The notes under the pieces were generated by a model. That model saw only the letters and a program-made list of their open reading frames with translations, had not been told where the DNA came from and made no database searches. This document shows positions 11,800 to 25,584 of a DNA stretch of 64,000 nt, piece after piece. This stretch comes from Octopus vulgaris (taxonomy: Eukaryota), in contig OX597824.1 in the NCBI GenBank assembly GCA_951406725.2, positions 49,290,001 through 49,354,000 on the forward strand, read 5' to 3'. Within the stretch, counting starts at the first letter, position 1. Every line of letters begins with the position of its first letter. The translations under genes were made by a program, and so were the position numbers.

Positions 11800-13070
11800 G
11801 TCTAGTTTCAGTGAATTTGTTTGCAATTGTTCTCACATCTACTCAGGACTATCCCAGACTTTGGTGACTGAGGGTGCTTCAGAGTATTCTGGGTGGGTAT
11901 TAATTTGTAATAATACTTAAGTGGAGTCTTGACATAAGGGTATCCCTGTAAATCTGAGGGTGAACCATTGAATAGTGAGGGGTCAATGCTATCCAGTGCA
12001 TCCCTTTAATGCACTACTGAGATATGGCTAGTCTTGTAATATTGCTGGATCACTGGGACATCACTGAAACCCTAGACTTTGTGTAATAATTCAAGAAAAG
12101 AATTCACTACAGAGATTTTTTTCCATAGCCTTCTCCAGGTCCTTAGAAACACTTAAACTTAGCACTTTTAGTTAACAGAACATTCAGCAAGTTTACAATG
12201 CTACAGCTAGTGAGCCATATCTTTCTACAGCAGTTTGTATATAGAGCTAGGTGAACACTCTGCAATTCAGTCAAGTGTCTTGGCCATTAACAAAACACAG
12301 AAGTAGTAAAAAGCTATGAATCATACTATCTGCTCAGTTGCCCGGTACTCATATTAATTCTGTTTCCAGCACTCTCACATTCCAATGTATTATACTTATT
12401 TTCATTCCTCTCTAATTTTTGCAAATTTCTGCATTCACTGTTCTATGTTTCACTACCACACATCATTTCCACTTCTTTCAGGTACCTAACATTATAAACT
12501 GTCTTTTGTTGGAACTAAAAAAGTAAATAAACTATATGGTTTCTCTATTCAAAGTATTCCAGATGCAGATTTGATTAGCTACTTCAAAACAGATTAGCTG
12601 TGACCTTAGGGGTGAGATTTCTTCAAGAAAATCAATTATCACTTTAATCAATCAGCATGAATGAGATGATTATATAATTAGTTTGGCTGAGTTGGTGTAG
12701 TATTAGACTGTCAGTTCATGGCGTGTGAGTTCAAATACACATCAGTATTTTGATGTATCACCAAGCTGGATGTTGAATTTTATGTGTCACAGAGTATCAA
12801 GCTGTTGAGAGAATCCTTGGAAAGATTACCTGTAATATACCGATACTCAGTTCGGAGACAAGGGATTGCAATGTTGTTTCCTAACCTTTTAATAGCAAAT
12901 AAAATGGAGTTAACCAACAAGCCCTATGGAAAGACCTCTAATGTTCATGAAGGAATTCATTTGACTTTTCTTTTATAAACTACTATTGGTCTGTTTGTGT
13001 TGTTATGCAATTCAAAACAAAGTTTTGGAACATGCTGTTGTAGAACAATATGCTCTAAGTATATCCATTT
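11800..13070 (-). pseudogene. Possible highly decayed RNaseH/integrase part of the Gypsy relic
   Basis: Weak remnants only (IHSFLLLLCFVN resembling LHSIRSLLC..N), collinear downstream of the RT relic at 15900-18170. Confidence 0.3.
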
Positions 13071-13079
13071 TGATACCAG

Positions 13080-13343
13080 TGGAGGCTCATGGCTTAATGG
13101 TTAGGGTGTTGGACTCATGATTGTAAAATTATGGATTCATATTCCTGGACTGGGGATGCGTTGTGTTCTTGAGCAAAATTCTTAATTTCATGTTGTTCCA
13201 GTTCACTCAGCTGTCCGAAATGAGTAATCCTGTGACAGACCAGTGTCCCATCCAAGTTGAGAATTTATATGCTATGGAAATCAAGAAACTAGCCTTTATG
13301 AGTCAGCATGACTCGAGAAGGTAACTTTTACCTTTAACCTTAC
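13080..13343 (+). mobile_element. tRNA-headed SINE family C
   Basis: Head TGGCTTAATGGTTAGGGTGTTGGACTC, core TCCAGTTCACTCAGCTG..AAATGAGTA, apparent TSD TTTTGATACCA. Other copies at 42740-43052 (-), 61040-61320 (+) and 3340-3465 (-). Confidence 0.7.
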
Positions 13344-14569
13344 CTTTTGATACCAACTCACCTGAGATTATCTCTGGTTCTATGATACAAACGTACTGCT
13401 TTAAAATTATCTACATCAAACTCTTCCATCAAAATTTCATGTTAATTTATGTCTAAACATAAGCTTAACAATGATAAAGTTATTTTACTAAATTCTGCCT
13501 AATTTTCAAAAATAGCTGAAATAAACACTGAGTATTTCAATAGAAATATAGTAACAAAAGGATTTATCTAATCAAAGTGATTTTAACTGTTAAACAACTA
13601 ACGCATCGTCAACAGAGTCATGCTATATTGTGAAATACCCTTACAATGTTACCCTGCTTTGTTTACTATTGTATTTTACTGAAATAATAGAGATGTTGGA
13701 ACAATTTTAAATACCACTTGAGCTACAAACATTGTTAATCAATTAAGTAATTAGATTCTAATTGCAATAACAGCTGCCTCTTTATTATCATTTTAATGAG
13801 TTTGTAATTAGCCATTTTCTTTTGTTTTTATTATATTTTTTCTGCCTGTAGATATATTTATGCACTTTGTCTTGACTAATTTTTATATTTTTAAAAGGGA
13901 ACTTAATGAGTATCAATTTTGGGTTAAAGATGTAAAATGTTAAGCAGAGTTAATTGATTCTTTTGAGGTATCTTTCTATTTCCTTTTTTTTTTCAGTTTC
14001 TTTTTGATTTATATTGTTATTTTTACATTACATTTCTGATGAGAATATGGATTATAGGATTTCACAGTTATCTGTAGTGCATATATTCGGATTGTAAAAT
14101 GACACCGAGCTCCCAGAAAGCTGCTTTTGTGATATGATTTCACATGCAGCTTGAACCATTGTATTTAACTTTATTCTTATACCTTTTCCTTGTTCCAATA
14201 TCTTTGGTTTTTCAACATTTATTGTTGTCAGAAAAGAAAGATGCTGAACCCTGATTCATTTTTAAAGTGAAATTTCAGCCAACAAGAAAATGTTTTCACT
14301 TTCACAATGCTTTAATAACTGTATATGCTTCTTGATTAAAGAATGCTTTTTTTCATTCAGATGTAGATACTGAGCAAGAGAAAAGTTAACTGGCCATCTT
14401 GATTGATTGGTGGCAGCAGCAACGATAAAATCTGAAATAGAATCTGTCTCAGTAACAAATGTTATAGCTTCACTAGCAACAAGAAAAATGACCGATTCTA
14501 TGTCCTTGTTCAGCTCATCGTCATCAATCATCATCATCATCATTACCATCACTACCATCATTGTCACCA

Positions 14570-14772
14570 TTGGCAGAGATTCAAGTGTGATATGTTAATG
14601 AAGTTGTCACATGACTAAACTACAAATGTAACTAATCTTTTCTACTCTAGGCACAAGGCCTAAAATTTTGGGGGAGGGAACCAGTCAGTTAGATCGACCC
14701 CAGTACATAACTGGTACTTAATTTATTGACCCTGAAAGGATGAAAGACAAAGTCAACCTAAGCAGAATTTGA
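14570..14772 (-). mobile_element. Truncated SINE B plus ~66 bp of flank copied from 18521-18587
   Basis: 14570-14636 is the reverse complement of 18521-18587 with one visible mismatch. 14637-14772 matches the SINE 3' part. Confidence 0.85.
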
Positions 14773-15365
14773 GTCATCATCATCATCATTATTATCACTG
14801 CTGCCATCATTGTTATTGTCATCAACATCATCATCGTCATTATTGTCATCATCAACATCGCTGTTGTTATTATCCTCATCATCATCACCACTGTTATTGT
14901 TGTTGTCATTGTCATCATGATGATGATCATCATTTTACTGGCATGGGTTGGATAAAACTTCTTGAAGCATTACTCTGTGGTCAGATGTCCTTCCTGACTT
15001 GTTTTTCAAGTAACATACTTTACTCCACTGATCTTTGCACATCAAACTCCTGGCTGCAGTACATTGTTTACACAAGACAAACAAATGTCTCCTTTGTTTA
15101 AGTAGTGTCAATGTGAAAAATGCAAGGAGTCAAACATTCACTCACACACACACACACACAAATATGCATACATATGTACAAATACACACGCACATATATA
15201 TACATAGATGACAAGCTTCTGTACAGTTTTCAATAGCCAAATCTCACTCATAGGGCATTGGTTAACCTAAAGCTATACTAAAAGACTTTTAGCTAAAGTG
15301 CTCTGCAATGGGACCAAACCCAAAACTAGATGGTTGTTAAATGAATTTCTTGGTGGAATTCTGAT

Positions 15366-15740
15366 TTAAGCATCCCATATAACCCCTCATAACTTTTTTA
15401 TTTCTTGGAATTTTCAGAAGATGTTTGCAAATTTGTGTTCTAGCCATGAGAATCCATGTGATTATGCAAAAATTAAAAAAAATTTTTTGTATGTGATTTA
15501 AGGGCTATTTAGATGTTATGACCACCAGATACCTTCCTCAATTCTTTGTCACTCTGGACATATTGATGTTTTTCAGTATCTTTCTCCCTATAAACACATT
15601 TATTGGTCCATTGCTGGTATTTAAGCAAGAAATTCAGACTGTCCATATTTTAAACTCTAATTTTAAAAAAAGGGAAAATATAAAAAAACCAAAAATTTTC
15701 TGAGAATTCCAAAAAATAAAAAAGTTATGGGGTACTTAAG
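15366..15740. mobile_element. MITE-like element with ~35-bp inverted ends near TTAA
   Basis: CCCTCATAACTTTTTTATTTCTTGGAATTTTCAGA versus TCTGAGAATTCCAAAAAATAAAAAGTTATGGGG. Confidence 0.55.
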
Positions 15741-15899
15741 ACAGGATTCCGCCAAATTCTTAGCTATACAACCTACATCTTTGCCTTGAAAAACAGAAGA
15801 AACTACACTTAAAGGATCTAATTTAGTCTTAGAAATGAAAAATATATCTACCAGGTGAATAATTGGGGAACATACTAATTGCCTAAAGAGAAGAGGATG

Positions 15900-18170
15900 C
15901 ATCATTTAGAAAAGGAATACTTTGTAGAGATATAATCATTCAAGATTGGCTGTGATCAATTCTTGTGATATATTGTTGCCAATAAAACCAATGGGTGTAT
16001 TGCAAAAGATGAATTTCAGTTTATTGACAGTAAGATTCTTTAGAAGCTTCTTGAAACTTAGTACGACTGGTGTTGCATACAGCCATGGGAGGATCATATG
16101 TTCTTCCACAAACTAGAGTATTGTCCCTATAGGCAAACATATCTATCATGTTGTTGTATCTTGTGAAGTTCTCTTCCTTTGCCTTTTTTATCTTTTTACT
16201 TGTTTCAGTCACTAGACTGCAACCATGCTCAGGCACTGTCTTGAAGAATTTTTAGTTGAATGAATTGACACCAGTACTTTTTTTTTAAAGCCTGGTAATT
16301 ATTCTGTTGGTCTCTTTTGCTGAACTGCTAAGTTGCAGGGACATAAGCACACTAACACCAGTTGCCAAACACACACACATGCACAATGAGCTTCTTTCAG
16401 TTTCTGTCAACCAAATTTACTCGTTGTAGAAGACACTTGTCACAGTGGGACTGAACCCAGAACCATGTGGTTGGGAAACAAGCTTCTTAATACACAGCTA
16501 TGTCTGTGTTGTTCATAATCCATTGAGATTGTACAACAGTATTGCTCAGGATAAAATGAAATCTGACTTTACCTCAGGGTTCAAAGGCTATAAAAGTTTT
16601 CTCATATTTTAGAAAATCAATCTGATGATACAAACTCTTCAGATCCAGGGATGACAGTCTATGCTTGTGATGGTGAATTGCTCAGTTTGTTTATGCTTTC
16701 TGACAGGAAATCTGCAGTTTCAACATGGATAAGTACAATTTTATTTACTTTGTCAGTCTTTTTGATAATGTAGCAATTGGTTTGCAGTCAGTCTTTGGGT
16801 ATAGAATCAGTGTTGTTGGAGATAGGAAAGCATCTATTATGGCAAATACTCTTAAGGGAGGCTAAGTCTTACTAATTTCAATATCGATTCTCTAATATTG
16901 CCATAGGAAGTCTCTACCGATATAAATTTTTTCAGAGAGATTCAGTACAACTGACACTTTTTATCTTCTGATAATGAGTGTCTAGAAGTTTGAAATTTTC
17001 TATGCAGAGACTAAAGATACAAGTAGATAGAGAAAAATCAACTATGGTCAAGCTCTTGGAAGAATGGTGTATTATTAAACAGTGTTTATTCATTCCAGTT
17101 TTACTGATAAAGGCTTCTGAAATGCTAGCATCAGTTAAAGCCTTCCAAATCTTTATCTTCAACTTTAATCCTAAACAATTGTGTCAATATCAGAACAGTG
17201 TACTGTGGCAAGCATAGATCAGTTGGAATGAATGGTGATTAAAGTACTAAAATGCACTAAAGTAGCCTTGCATGTCTTTCTACAGTGATCCTTTTTGCCA
17301 GTTTCTGCACTTAGTTTCATGAGCAGGATAATTCAGTCAAGGATGACTATTGTAATCAAAAGAAAGGAAAAGATGGTAAGTGTTGTAAAGTAGGTTGTGG
17401 CCATAATATTTTGAGAAACTTCAGTATATTGAACTCTACTTAGTGACATAATGACTACTGTTGAATATTTACTATTACCATACAAGTCACTATTCTTCTG
17501 TGCACTATTATTAAGTGCTTGTCTGCAAGCAGTCTTCAATGTTCTCTGACAGGTGTCATCAGATGTGCTGACTTGCTAAAACACGAATAAAGATATTCCT
17601 GATTGACTTTTATGTTAAATACAGTGACGTCTTTAATATTACATTCCTTGCCTAAGGCAGCAAGCAGACAGAATTATTAGAATGCTGGGCAAAATGCTTA
17701 GCAGCATTTTGTTAGTCTTTACATTCTGAGTTCAAGTTCCACCAAGGTTAACTTCGCCTTTCATCCTTTTGAGTACTGGGATTGATGTAATCAACTTACC
17801 CCATCCCCAAAATTTGCTGGCCTTATGCCAAAATTTGAAACCAATTTTACATTTCTTGCCAAGAATTCATTGGTACCTGAAGGAATTCAATTAATTCTGA
17901 AGCTTGGTGTCTGACCACCAGAAAATGACATCCAAAAACTTCTGCACACAACTTGACATACAGTGCTTCAAGTATTTGAATCTCGACATCATAATAGTGC
18001 CAGTGATGTGATTGTTAATTGTTGGGGATAGAAAATCAATGTAAGTCAAATTGTTTAATCAATAAAAGGCAATGGATCTGCCAAATATCTTGAAAGCATG
18101 GTACCATTGGTATCAAAGGTGGTAGAGGAAACTGGATTGGCATAAAAGGGTGATTGAAACCATTTCAAGA
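15900..18170 (-). pseudogene. Decayed Gypsy-type LTR retrotransposon gag-protease-RT, interrupted by SINEs
   Basis: In order on the minus strand: gag ALYVK..EVF..H, knuckle-like PAHETKCRN, protease-like KALTDASISEAFIS, DCKPIAT, SLDLKSLYHQI and FAYRDNTLVCG (YxDD-like). SINEs lie at 16190-16505 and 17655-17845. Confidence 0.7.
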
Positions 18171-18307
18171 TGCATCTTTTGAAATAGAAAGATTAAACAT
18201 TAATGAAAATGGTTGTAATTTTTTTAGAATTAACAAACTGGCACTTAATTTTTGGAACAGGTTAAATGTCAACTTCTGTACAAGCTTTGTCATTAGTTAC
18301 ATTTGTA

Positions 18308-18520
18308 ATGCGGCAAGCTGGCAGAAATGTTAGCACACTGGGCGAAATGCTTAGCGGTATTTTATCTGTCTTTACGTTCTGAGTTCAAATTTCACCGAGG
18401 TTGACTTTGCCTTTCATCCTTTCGGGGTCAATAAATTAAGTACCAGTTACGTACTGGGGTCAATCTAATTGACTGGCTCCCTCCCCCAAAATTTTGGGCC
18501 TTGTGTCTAGAGTAGAAAAG
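18308..18520 (+). mobile_element. tRNA-headed SINE family B (Nin/Deu-like core) with 16-bp TSD
   Basis: B-box-like GAGTTCAAAT, core GCCTTTCATCCTTTCGGGGTC..TAAATTAAGTACC, TSD ATTAGTTACATTTGTA at 18292-18307 and 18521-18536. Other copies at 17655, 30630, 34228, 38750 and 56030 (+). Confidence 0.85.
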
Positions 18521-20746
18521 ATTAGTTACATTTGTAGTTTAGTCATGTGACAACTTCATTAACATATTACACTTGAATCTCTGCCAAAAAACTGAGAAGA
18601 GATAGCTTCATTTAAATATTAGCCAGCTGCAAGTGCTGATAAATATACTGCAGAAATATGACATGTTGGCATAAAGGTGATCTAATACCTAGTTGCTAAA
18701 CTATGAGAAAATACAACAGCAGAAATGGATTTAAACTAGGTCTTACCAATCACTACACCACCAGTAGAAATATTTGTTAATCATGCATGTACCTTCTTTT
18801 AATAGCAGACTGTTATATAGTGAAAATCTTGTTAGTTACTATGGTGACAACAGTCTCCCTATCTATCTTTCACACATACACACACACATGCGCGTATACA
18901 CACTCTCTCTTTCAATTAATTTCTATCTCAACAACAACAACCTGTCATTATAGTGAAAGTCTTTTTAAAGTATGTATTGTGTTAGGTGATCTAATACCAA
19001 GTCGCTAAACTGTGAGAAAGTACAATGAAATTATGATTTTAACACCTCATCATCGGAAATAGATTTGTATTGATAAATGACCTTCATCTTTTTCTTATTC
19101 ATTTTTGTCATGTATAATTTTGTTCAGCTTTCAGTTTTAATTTCTATTAATTTTTCTTGTTTAAAACTATTGTATCCCATATTAATTGGAAAATTTATTC
19201 ATCAGGACAACTGATTAAGACTAAAGAATGTCAGTCTACTGGCTTAAAGTTTGATGCGTTGAACCCCCTCTCCCTCACTAACACCACACTCAATGACAGA
19301 TTAATCTATAGCTGCCATAGAATATGCTACAGGCTCCACATTTTCAGGGAGCCTCATGCTTAAATGCTTTATTATTTCGGTACTAAACTGACTTCAACTT
19401 CTTTGAATAATTGGGCACTTAAGATTCATCCAAATCTTGAAATACTTCTGGGATCCAATACACTTTAAATGAAACAAATTACAGTAATCAAATTCAATGA
19501 TGCAGTAAATGAGAATTCTTACTTAATTATTGTTAGATGCTAATTAATAGATTTGCCATTCTGTTTCTCTACTGTGCTGAATTAAACTTATCAGACAATA
19601 GAACTGAGCTTTATTATTTTTTCATAAAGAGAACCATAAGATTAGTTTAATGCATCAGATTATTTATATATTATTACTAATTTAATATTATTATTTAATG
19701 TTTGTGTTCCAAACTGGCATGGGTTGCATGGTTTGACAAGATCCAATGGGTCCAAGAACCACATCATGCTCCAGTGTCTGTTTGGCATGGTTTCTATGGC
19801 TGGATGCTCTCTGTCCAATGATTACCACTTTACAGTGTATATTAGATGTTTTTTTCCATGCCACCAGTACTAGTGAGGTTGCCATGCAGCTTCCAAGGCA
19901 AACTTCATGAACCTCAAGCATGGAGGTCAAACTTTATGCTCAGAGAATAAGGAGTAGAGAGGAATAAGGTATGAAAGAAAAGGACTAGAGCAAAATGGGT
20001 TTCTTGTTGAAGAGGAACTGCATGACAACTCATGTTGTAGAAGAGTCTGCTTGTGTGTGTGTGTTGTGGATAGAACTGGAAATTAGTATGCAATGTCAGA
20101 GTGGATCTTCAAGATATATGGGTAGGGATGCCATGAGTGAGTGGGAGAAGTAGGTACTTTCTGATGGTGCAGGGCAGTAGAACAGAAATGATGATACAAT
20201 AAACAGGGGTGGTAGAAGAGAGCTGACACTATAATTAAGTCAGAACTTCTAAACAAATATGAAGTATTTTATTGTATAGTTTTTACTTTAACATTTGTCT
20301 GTTAAGTAAAACTAAGTCATAAATAAGTTTAAAATTAATATTGTCACATTTTTCAATGTTAGACCCCAAAACAAATTTACATTAGGGTTGTGTATCTGGA
20401 AACAATATTTAACGTACGCATCTTAACAAGGATATATATCAGTGAATTCAAACAATGTTATAACATTTGTGCTTTGTGTTTTTAGATTTGGTTTGAAATG
20501 AAATAGAGGAAAGGCCTACCCTTTTTAAATTTGTCAAATATGAGTGTAGACATGGATAGATGCAGGTGTAGTTGTATGGTTAAGGAGTTTGCTTTCCACC
20601 CATGTGGTTTGGGGTTCAGTCCCAGTGTGTGGCACCTTGAGCATGTGTCTTTTTCTATAACTCCAATTCAACCAGTCTTCAGAGTGGTTGTGATAGATAG
20701 AAACTGAAAGAAGCCAATTATATATAAGTGTGTGTGTACATATGTA

Positions 20747-20963
20747 TGAGGGGCAGCTGAAAAATTCCTGGCTTTAAGGGTATTATGAAAGGCCTGGTTG
20801 GAGGCCCAACCTTCTGAGTACTTTTACAGGGTTTAGAAAAACTGAAGGACTGCTGCAACAAGTATGTGAATTTGAGAGGGGAATATGTTGAATAAAATCA
20901 TAATTAACTGATCGTCCAGTGTTTTCTTTTATCCAAAGCCAGGAACTTTTCAGCCCCCTTTCG
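20747..20963. mobile_element. Mariner-derived MITE
   Basis: TA-flanked inverted ends TGAGGGGCAGCTGAAAAATTCCTGGCTTT / AAAGCCAGGAACTTTTCAGCCCCCTTTCG. Confidence 0.75.
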
Positions 20964-21273
20964 TATATCTGCAAATGTGCCTCCTCATTTTGATATCACA
21001 TGATAGTTGTAAATGAGTGTTATCCTCATTTGTGTCCAATCTTCCATAAAAACATATCCAGCCTAGACTAGATTTGGCCAATTTGAATGTAAATATTACC
21101 TTGCTTGGAAACAAGTAAGGATTGGTGACAGGAAGGGCATCAGGATATAGAAAATTTGTGTCAATGAATTCTATCTGACCAATGCAAGTATGGAAAAGGG
21201 GGACCTTAAAATGATGATGGTCGCATACTTCACTGTTTAAACCACTGTACATCAAGGTTAAACTTTAAAATGT

Positions 21274-21498
21274 TTTAACCTTTTCATGTTCAGATTACAT
21301 TGTTAAATGTAATGCTTTTTTATTCAAATTATTTTGAATTAATCATACATTATCTTAAGTTTTAGGTTTTGATGATGTGATTGTTAATTTTTTAGAATAT
21401 CAATGTAGTTATGTGTGGGAGACTAGATTTGGCCAGTTTGAATGTAAAATGTTGAGTATTTGGGCCAAATATTGCCAGTTTAAACACTAAAGGCTTAA
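21274..21498 (+). mobile_element. TTAA-bounded (piggyBac-like) MITE; second copy at ~53370-53574
   Basis: TTAACCTTT...AAAGGCTTAA ends. The internal sequence is shared with the 53.4 kb copy. Confidence 0.55.
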
Positions 21499-21732
21499 AC
21501 ACATTAATTTTTAGCTAAATATCAAGCTTTAGGTTAAGTAATACATAATGAAATCTTTATTTTCATTACTCCATCTGTAATTTGCAGATTCATATATATT
21601 GGTCCTTGAAATACAGAGCTTGTATCCATAAAAATAATTATAATTCAATAAAATGGCAAGGCTTTTAATTTAGGGCTCCATTTTTAACTTCAGGACCCCT
21701 GTTACAGATACAGCTCTCCTTATCGTCAACAT

Positions 21733-22770
21733 ATGAGGGTGAGATTGAAAGTTCATAGGCTGACTATGAAGGAGCAATAGTAGAGCAAGTCTTAATCTTG
21801 GAAGCATTTATTTCAGCCCCGCTTATTAATAACTGCATTGTTTCTTTCCAAGTACACTGATATCTGACTATTCAAAGACTTCAAAAGTAACTGGTAGTGA
21901 CTTTTCTTGAAAATGGACAAAATTTGGCATTGTGGTGTTATCAAGTACATGCAGAAAAAGAGTTTAGCCTCCAAGGACATTCATACTGACATGGTTGCTA
22001 CATTAGGGGATGACACTCCAACTTTATCAAATGGGCAGCTAAATTTAGGAGAGGAAGGGAGAGTCTTAAAGATGACTCATGACATGGATGTCTTGCAACT
22101 GCTACCCTGAGCAAAACATTGATCATATTCACCACATTTTGATGCATGACAAGCAACTGACTATCTATCAAATAGCCAATCCTGTGAGGGAGCTGAGAAT
22201 ATTTTGCACTTGGCATGATGAAGGTTTCTACTCATTGGCTGCCACATCTGAGACTTGATCAAAAGTGCACCAAGCTGATCACATCACAGGAAAATCTGAT
22301 ATTGTTTGAAACAGATCCAGCAGTTTTCTTTGAACATCTAACCCAGGATGAGTGTTTGGCTTTGTTACTTTGAGACAAAGACAATCTATGCAGTGGAAAC
22401 ACTCATCCATACCTGCTCCAAACAAAGCTAAGGTCATTTCATCTGCAGGGAAGCAGATGGCCTGTTTTTTGGGGATGCAAAAGGCATCGTGTTTATCAGC
22501 TATCTTCAAAAGGGCCACACCATCAATGGAAAGCCAATTGATGAGGCAGTTATGAAAGGCTACAAGATCAAACACCCAGGAAAACTGGTGAAAGGGGGTC
22601 TGGTTTCATCAGGCCAATGCTCCCGTACATAAGTCCTTGTCTTCAATGGCTGTTGTGCATGGCTGTAGCTTTGAACTGGTTGATCACCCTCCCTATTTTC
22701 CTAATTTGGCCCCCATCTGACTATCATTTGTTTGCCAACATGAAAAAACATTTGGCTGGGAACCCAGCAT
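21733..22770 (+). mobile_element. Decayed mariner transposase
   Basis: MDKIWHCGVIKY..DIHTDMVATLGDD, RQSMQWKH..PNKAKVISSAGK and HPPYFPNLAP-like remnants, with many indels. Confidence 0.85.
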
Positions 22771-23039
22771 AATATGTACCAATTGTACTATTGATACATA
22801 TAAGGATTTACAGGATGCCTGAGACCAGTAAACAACTGCTATACAAACCTTGTTCAAGAATCTGGAATATTTACATATTCTTTCAGAATAACCTGCTTGC
22901 CTAAGATAAGTGGAGGTCCTTCTAAGTTAATTTGCCAAGATTTATTTGATCCTGATTGTATTACTGAGGACCATTTCCTTGCATTATTTTAGCTTTTATG
23001 TTGAAGCCATCCCACTGGTTAGGTGAGCAGGTCATTTAT

Positions 23040-23680
23040 TACCTCTTCAGTTTAGCTTCCAAATGAACCACATGAAAATGAAATATATGTGATCAGAATA
23101 CATAACACATGGCCAAGTAGAGGTGGAAAGCAATGAAATCAAGGAGGTAAAGGATTACCTCTAATTAGGGCACACAGTGAATATGCATGGAGATATAGAT
23201 GCTGAAATCTCAAAGAGAATAAGGGTAGGATGGAAGGCATTTAACTCAATAAAGGACATGCTCCAAACAATGCTAGACTTTTCAATAACACCATCCTACC
23301 TGCATGCGAGATGTGGGCTACTACAAAGAGGATAAAAGATCAATTGGCTATGATGCAAAAGGCATGGAAAGATCCATGGTAGGAGTATCATTAAAACAAC
23401 ACATTTGAAACGAAATAATTAGAGAATGAAGTGGAGTGAACTATGTGATTGCAGAGTACCAAAAACACAAGTTCTGATGGGCCAGATATATCACAAGGTT
23501 CACAGACAACAGGTAGACCCATGCAGTCGCCAAGTTGTAGCCAAGAGATCAAAAAAAGCCACCACAATAATTGGAATATGATTTAGTCAAGCAATCTGGG
23601 TTGATAGAAAATAGTGCAATCAAAACAGAATTGGAAGTGCATTGTAACCAGCAGTGTATAACAGCATCTGGTGGTCTGTG
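23040..23680 (+). mobile_element. Decayed RTE-clade LINE RT C-terminal fragment
   Basis: EVKDYL*LGH..DAEISKRIRVGWKAF..FNNTILP..EMWAT remnants. Confidence 0.7.
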
Positions 23681-23698
23681 ATATATATGTATCACTCA

Positions 23699-23733
<35 letters not shown>

Positions 23734-23749
23734 AACACATATATATATA

Positions 23750-24223
23750 CACCTTCTCCTCAACTTATGACCATTCGCACTTATGATAACAAAAAGTCAA
23801 ACGTTTTGCAAAGGTTGAGCATATTATCCAAGATGCTGTGCATTGTTATAAGATATATGACAAAAAAAAACAAACTATTCAAGCAAAGCTCACCAAGTTC
23901 TTTGAAAAGCTATCTACCTCAATCCAAGAACATGACTGTGAAAATTGAAAATTTATTTTCAATTGCACTTTTTTCACAGGAACAATTTTCTTCATTGAAC
24001 GTATGTGGAATTTCATTTGCATTAATTTTAGATTGTATTTTTGTTTACAGTGCAATAGAGTACATATGTATTTTTCACATTATATACAATAATTATGGAT
24101 TGAATTTTTGTGTTTTATATTTTTATAACCCGTTTGAATGAAAATAGTGTTGAAAAATATAAATCCGACATACGACCAGATCAAATTGCAACCTGTCAGT
24201 CAGTCATAAGTTGAGGAGGTGTG
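23750..24223. mobile_element. Tigger/pogo-like MITE
   Basis: TA-flanked TIRs CACCTTCTCCTCAACTTATGAC / GTCATAAGTTGAGGAGGTGTG. Confidence 0.7.
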
Positions 24224-24229
24224 TAAAGT

Positions 24230-25449
24230 ATTTGAGGACATACCTTTTCTGAGTAATTGCTGCATTTTTTACTAACTCTGTATAATCTTTGTTTCAGAAA
24301 ATAATAATGCTAGACACTCAGCTTACTCAAGAAATGAAGAGGCATGCTGTTATTGTGGTTATAAAGGCTGAGCATAGCGATTTAGAAATATCTCAATTTT
24401 GCCAGATCTTTCACCTACAAAGTTTGTAAGGAGCTAGAGACTGAAGATGGAAATGTAACACCAGTATCAAAGCATAAAAAGCATTCTAAACACTCTGAAA
24501 TCATCAGGACATCTGAATTTATCCAGCAACTTCAACAGACCATTGATTACAATCCCAGAAAGTCCATGAGGTCAATTGCAAAAGATCTCCATGTGTCAAA
24601 AAGGAATAGTAAAAAATGTTGTCCACGAAGACATCAAGATATAAATCTTATATGATGAGAAAAGGTCAATTTGTCAGAAAAAGTGAAAGAAAATCACTAC
24701 ATCTGATCTAAAAGGCTCTTAAACAAACTAAGAAATCCAGCAGAAGATTTGATTTGGTTTTTCTCAAACAGGGAAAACTTCAACCAAGATCAAAAACTTA
24801 ACAGAAGAAATGTCAGATGGTTATATGCAGACCCTTCTGAAGTTCCAAGTGTTATCCATACAAAATTTCCTGCAACTGTCATGGTTTTAGGGGTTGTCAG
24901 CAATGAAGGACATGTGATGCCTCTTACTTCTTTCCACAAGGCCTTAGAGTTAACTCTGCCACCTACATTGAGGTCCTGGAAATAATTGTTAAGCCCTGGA
25001 TAGACAGTGTATGCAATGGAAGGCCCAATGTTTCAGTAAGACTCTGTACTATCTACATATGGCTCTAGTAATACAGGAATGGGTGGCCGAAAATTTTCAT
25101 GATCACATAACCCCTTACATTTGGCCTCCTAATTCTTCAGATCTCAGTCCATTGAACTATTACATATGAAGTATTGTTGAGAGAGAGGTCAATGAATGTG
25201 CCCATAACACCAAAGATTCTTTGAAAGCTGCCATAGTCAGAGTAATGTCCAAAATAAACCAGGACCACTTGATTCGAGCATATAGATATTTAGATCTCAT
25301 ATAGAAGCAGTTGTTGAAGCTGAAGGTGGCTTTATTGAATAACATTATAGAAAAGGTTTATTTTTATCCTTATAGCATTTTTAGATAAAGTTATTATCTG
25401 TTATTATATAGGTTTCATTATAAACATAAATTTGTCCTTACGCAACCTG
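24230..25449 (+). mobile_element. Decayed Tc1/mariner (maT/DD37D-like) transposon
   Basis: RKSMRSIAKDLHVS, WFFS..NFNQDQKLNRRN, TKFPATVMVLGVVSNEG and WPPNSSDLSPLNY. The 3' terminus reads ...CAACCTG-TA. Confidence 0.85.
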
Positions 25450-25480
<31 letters not shown>

Positions 25481-25584
25481 TGGCGAAAATAAATGTAAGA
25501 CTGATGATAAAAGTTCTAGATTTGTGAGTGGATCTGGTAGATGGAAACTGAAAGAAGCCCATCATATATATATATATATATATG

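Noticed and set aside
14718-15101. His/Cys-rich and Met-rich ORFs
   Set aside because: Degenerate (CAT)n tail of an RTE-type repeat.
18675-19045. ~45-bp direct repeat pair (AGGTGATCTAATACC..)
   Set aside because: Short diverged local duplication with no internal structure suggesting LTRs or a function.
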